Positions 61,708 through 64,000 of a stretch of DNA of 64,000 bases are shown piece by piece. Each line of letters begins with the position of its first letter. The first letter of the stretch is position 1. A program made the translations under genes and the position numbers. The DNA is taken from NCBI GenBank assembly GCA_963726745.1, contig CAVSDR010000003.1, positions 576,001 to 640,000 of the forward strand. The letters are read 5' to 3'. The stretch is from an uncultured Verrucomicrobiae bacterium. GTDB lineage: Bacteria > Verrucomicrobiota > Verrucomicrobiia > Chthoniobacterales > UBA10450. The notes under the pieces were generated by a model that saw only the letters and a program-made list of their open reading frames with translations, ran no database searches and was not told where the DNA came from.

Positions 61708-63745
61708 ATGGCCCAACCAGATCGCAACTCGAAAAAGGAGAACAAACCCGGCGGCACCGACCCCAGTTTCAACTGGCGCGGCGTGGTCCTGATCGCCATC
61801 GCTTTCTCCCTCATTGCCCTCGCGGTGCTCTTCCGCGGCGGCGCCTACGCCAACGTGGAGGATGTGCCTTACAATCGCTTCCTCGAGCTGCTGGAAAACA
61901 AGCAGATCGCGAACGACAAAAACTTCCCGCTCCAGCTGGTGGTCGAGGAGGGTGTGCCCACGCAAACGCTCCGCGGCTATTACATCCGCCAGGCGACCGG
62001 CCCGAACCAGGCCGCGCAGGTCCCCTTCCGCACGACCATTTTCCTGAACTACAACACGAACCTGCAGGATAAGCTGAGCGAGGCCGGGATTCAGCCCGCG
62101 ATCAAGCGCGACTCGAACGTCTGGATGCAGACGCTCATGGGCTTCCTCCCGATCGCGTTTTTCCTGCTCGTGCTCTACTTCCTCTTCCGCCAGCAGATCC
62201 GCATGGCCGGCAAGGGCGCGCTCAACTTCGGCAAGTCGAAGGCGCGCATGCTCGCGCGCGACAAGAACAAGATCACCTTCAAGGACGTCGCCGGCGTCGA
62301 GGAAGCGAAGGACGAAGTGACCGAGCTGGTCGAGTTCCTGCGCGATCCGAAGAAGTTCCAGAAACTCGGCGGCCGCATCCCGAAAGGCGTGCTCCTGGTC
62401 GGCCCTCCGGGAACGGGCAAGACGCTCCTGGCTCGCGCGATTGCCGGCGAGGCCGATGTGCCGTTTTTCTCGATCAGCGGTTCGGACTTCGTGGAAATGT
62501 TTGTCGGCGTCGGCGCGAGCCGCGTGCGCGACATGTTCGAGCAGGGCAAGAAGAGCGCGCCGTGCATTATTTTCATCGATGAGATCGACGCCGTGGGCCG
62601 GCATCGCGGCCATGGCGTGGGCGGCGGGCATGATGAGCGCGAGCAGACGCTCAATGCGCTGCTCGTCGAGATGGATGGCTTCGACACGCAGGAAGGCGTG
62701 ATCATCATCGCCGCGACCAACCGCCCCGATGTGCTCGATCCGGCGCTGCTGCGTCCCGGGCCGTTTCGACCGCCAGATCACGGTGAACTTGCCGGATGTG
62801 AAGGGCCGCGAGGAAATCCTGCGCGTTCATTCCAAGAAGGTGAAGCTCGCGGAAGGCGTCGACCTCCAGGTGGTCGCGCGCGGCACGCCGGGCTACTCCG
62901 GCGCGGAATTAGCCAACGTGATCAACGAAGCGGCACTGCTGGCCGCACGTCGCGGGCTCAAGGGAATCACGCTCAAGGAACTCGAAGAAGCGCGCGACAA
63001 GGTCCGCTGGGGCAAGGAACGCCGCAGCCTGGCGTTGAGCGAAAAGGAGAAGACGAACACCGCTTACCACGAAGCCGGCCACGCGCTCCTGCTCGAACTG
63101 CTCCCGCACACCGAGCCGTTGCATAAGGTCACGATTATCCCGCGCGGCCCTTCGTTAGGCAGCACCATGTGGCTCCCGGAAGAGGACAAATACACCAATC
63201 GTAAAAACGAACTCCTCGCCAGCCTGGTGGTGAAAATGGGCGGCCGCGTCGCGGAAGAAATCGTCTTTGGCGACGTGACCAACGGCGCCAGCGGCGACAT
63301 CAAGATGGCGACGAACGTCGCCCGCCGGATGGTCTGCGAATGGGGCATGAGCGAGAAGATGGGCATGGTGGAATACGGCGAGCACGAAGACTACGTCTTC
63401 CTCGGCCGCGACATCTCGCGGGCGCGGGATTACAGCGAAGCGACCGCGGAAGAGATCGACCGCGAAGTGCGCAAGCTGATCGACGACGCTTACGCGAAAG
63501 CGAAGAGCGAGTTGACCAACCATCGCGACAAGCTCGAGATCATCGCCCGGGCGCTGTTGGAATTCGAAACGCTCGATGGCGCGCAGATCCGCGACATCAT
63601 CGAGCACGGCCGGATGTTGAATCCGCCTCCGGGCCCCGACGCCAAGGGTCCCGACATGCCGGCGGAAAAGCCGCCCAAGCAAGTCGTGCTCGCGCCGGAA
63701 GTGAATCCTCCGCTCCCCGGCGGACTGAGCGGCGCCCCGGCCTAG
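61708..63745 (+). CDS. ftsH: ATP-dependent zinc metalloprotease FtsH; +1 frameshift at about 62758-62760, probably a sequencing error
   Basis: Two TM helices, [29 protein letters not shown] across the shift, HEAGH. Confidence 0.93.
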
Positions 63746-63772
63746 CCGGCTGGCTGCCATGCGCGGCGGCGG

Positions 63773-63800
63773 GAACGCCGCCGCGTGGGCGGCGGCGTTC
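63773..63800. terminator. Hairpin between convergent genes
   Basis: Perfect 12-bp stem GAACGCCGCCGC / GCGGCGGCGTTC with a 4-nt loop. Confidence 0.6.
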
Positions 63801-63820
63801 TGCAGTGCAGAAAGCGCTGG

Positions 63821-64000
63821 CTATTCGCCGCGCTGCTTCTCGACCAGGTGCCGCAACTGGCGCTCCATCGTCTTGAAGGCGTCGTGCACCACTTTAGTCA
63901 GCGGCTTGTGCGCTTCGTCGCCGTTCTGGCTTTCATCGGCCACCAGCTCGTGCCCGCCGGCCACGGTCACGTCGATCCGGACGCGGTAAGGATTGCCTTT
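63821..64000 (-). CDS. HPF/RaiA family ribosome-associated protein (3' part only)
   Basis: Hand translation: KGNPYRVRIDVTVAGGHELVA...VVHDAFKTMERQLRHLVEKQRGE*. Confidence 0.72.
   Translation of the reverse strand, partial: KGNPYRVRIDVTVAGGHELVADESQNGDEAHKPLTKVVHDAFKTMERQLRHLVEKQRGE

Overview
A GC-rich bacterial chromosomal segment (about 63% GC by eye). Gene content suggests Verrucomicrobiota, probably Chthoniobacterales; this is an inference. Most of the window is a minus-strand respiratory supercluster: alternative complex III (actA-F plus an ActG-like gene), a ccoN/ccoO/cytochrome c module, and an aa3-type (A1) oxidase operon with ctaA, ctaB and sco. A plus-strand circularly permuted ATP-grasp / alpha-E / transglutaminase operon splits this supercluster. 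Other genes include xerD, nuoA, rfbA, a minor-pilin-like trio, kamA, degP, ligA, an ECF sigma/anti-sigma/HtrA-like locus, a large TerB-like/ABC fusion and ftsH. An accessory region at 56.0-61.5 kb holds a decaying attC cassette array with no integrase in the window, a MITE inside one attC, two REP-like hairpins, a 21-bp-period array and a hicBA pair flanked by direct repeats. Three signals stand out. (1) A non-palindromic motif, (G)CCTAACGAG, has 19 exact 9-mer copies counted by eye, lies in several reading frames of core genes using rare codons, and equals the 3' end of the local attC. (2) The CcoN homologue has lost all six heme/CuB histidines. (3) An HtrA-like protein lacks its catalytic triad. 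Several single-base frameshifts are probably sequencing errors. No rRNA, tRNA or CRISPR array was recognised.
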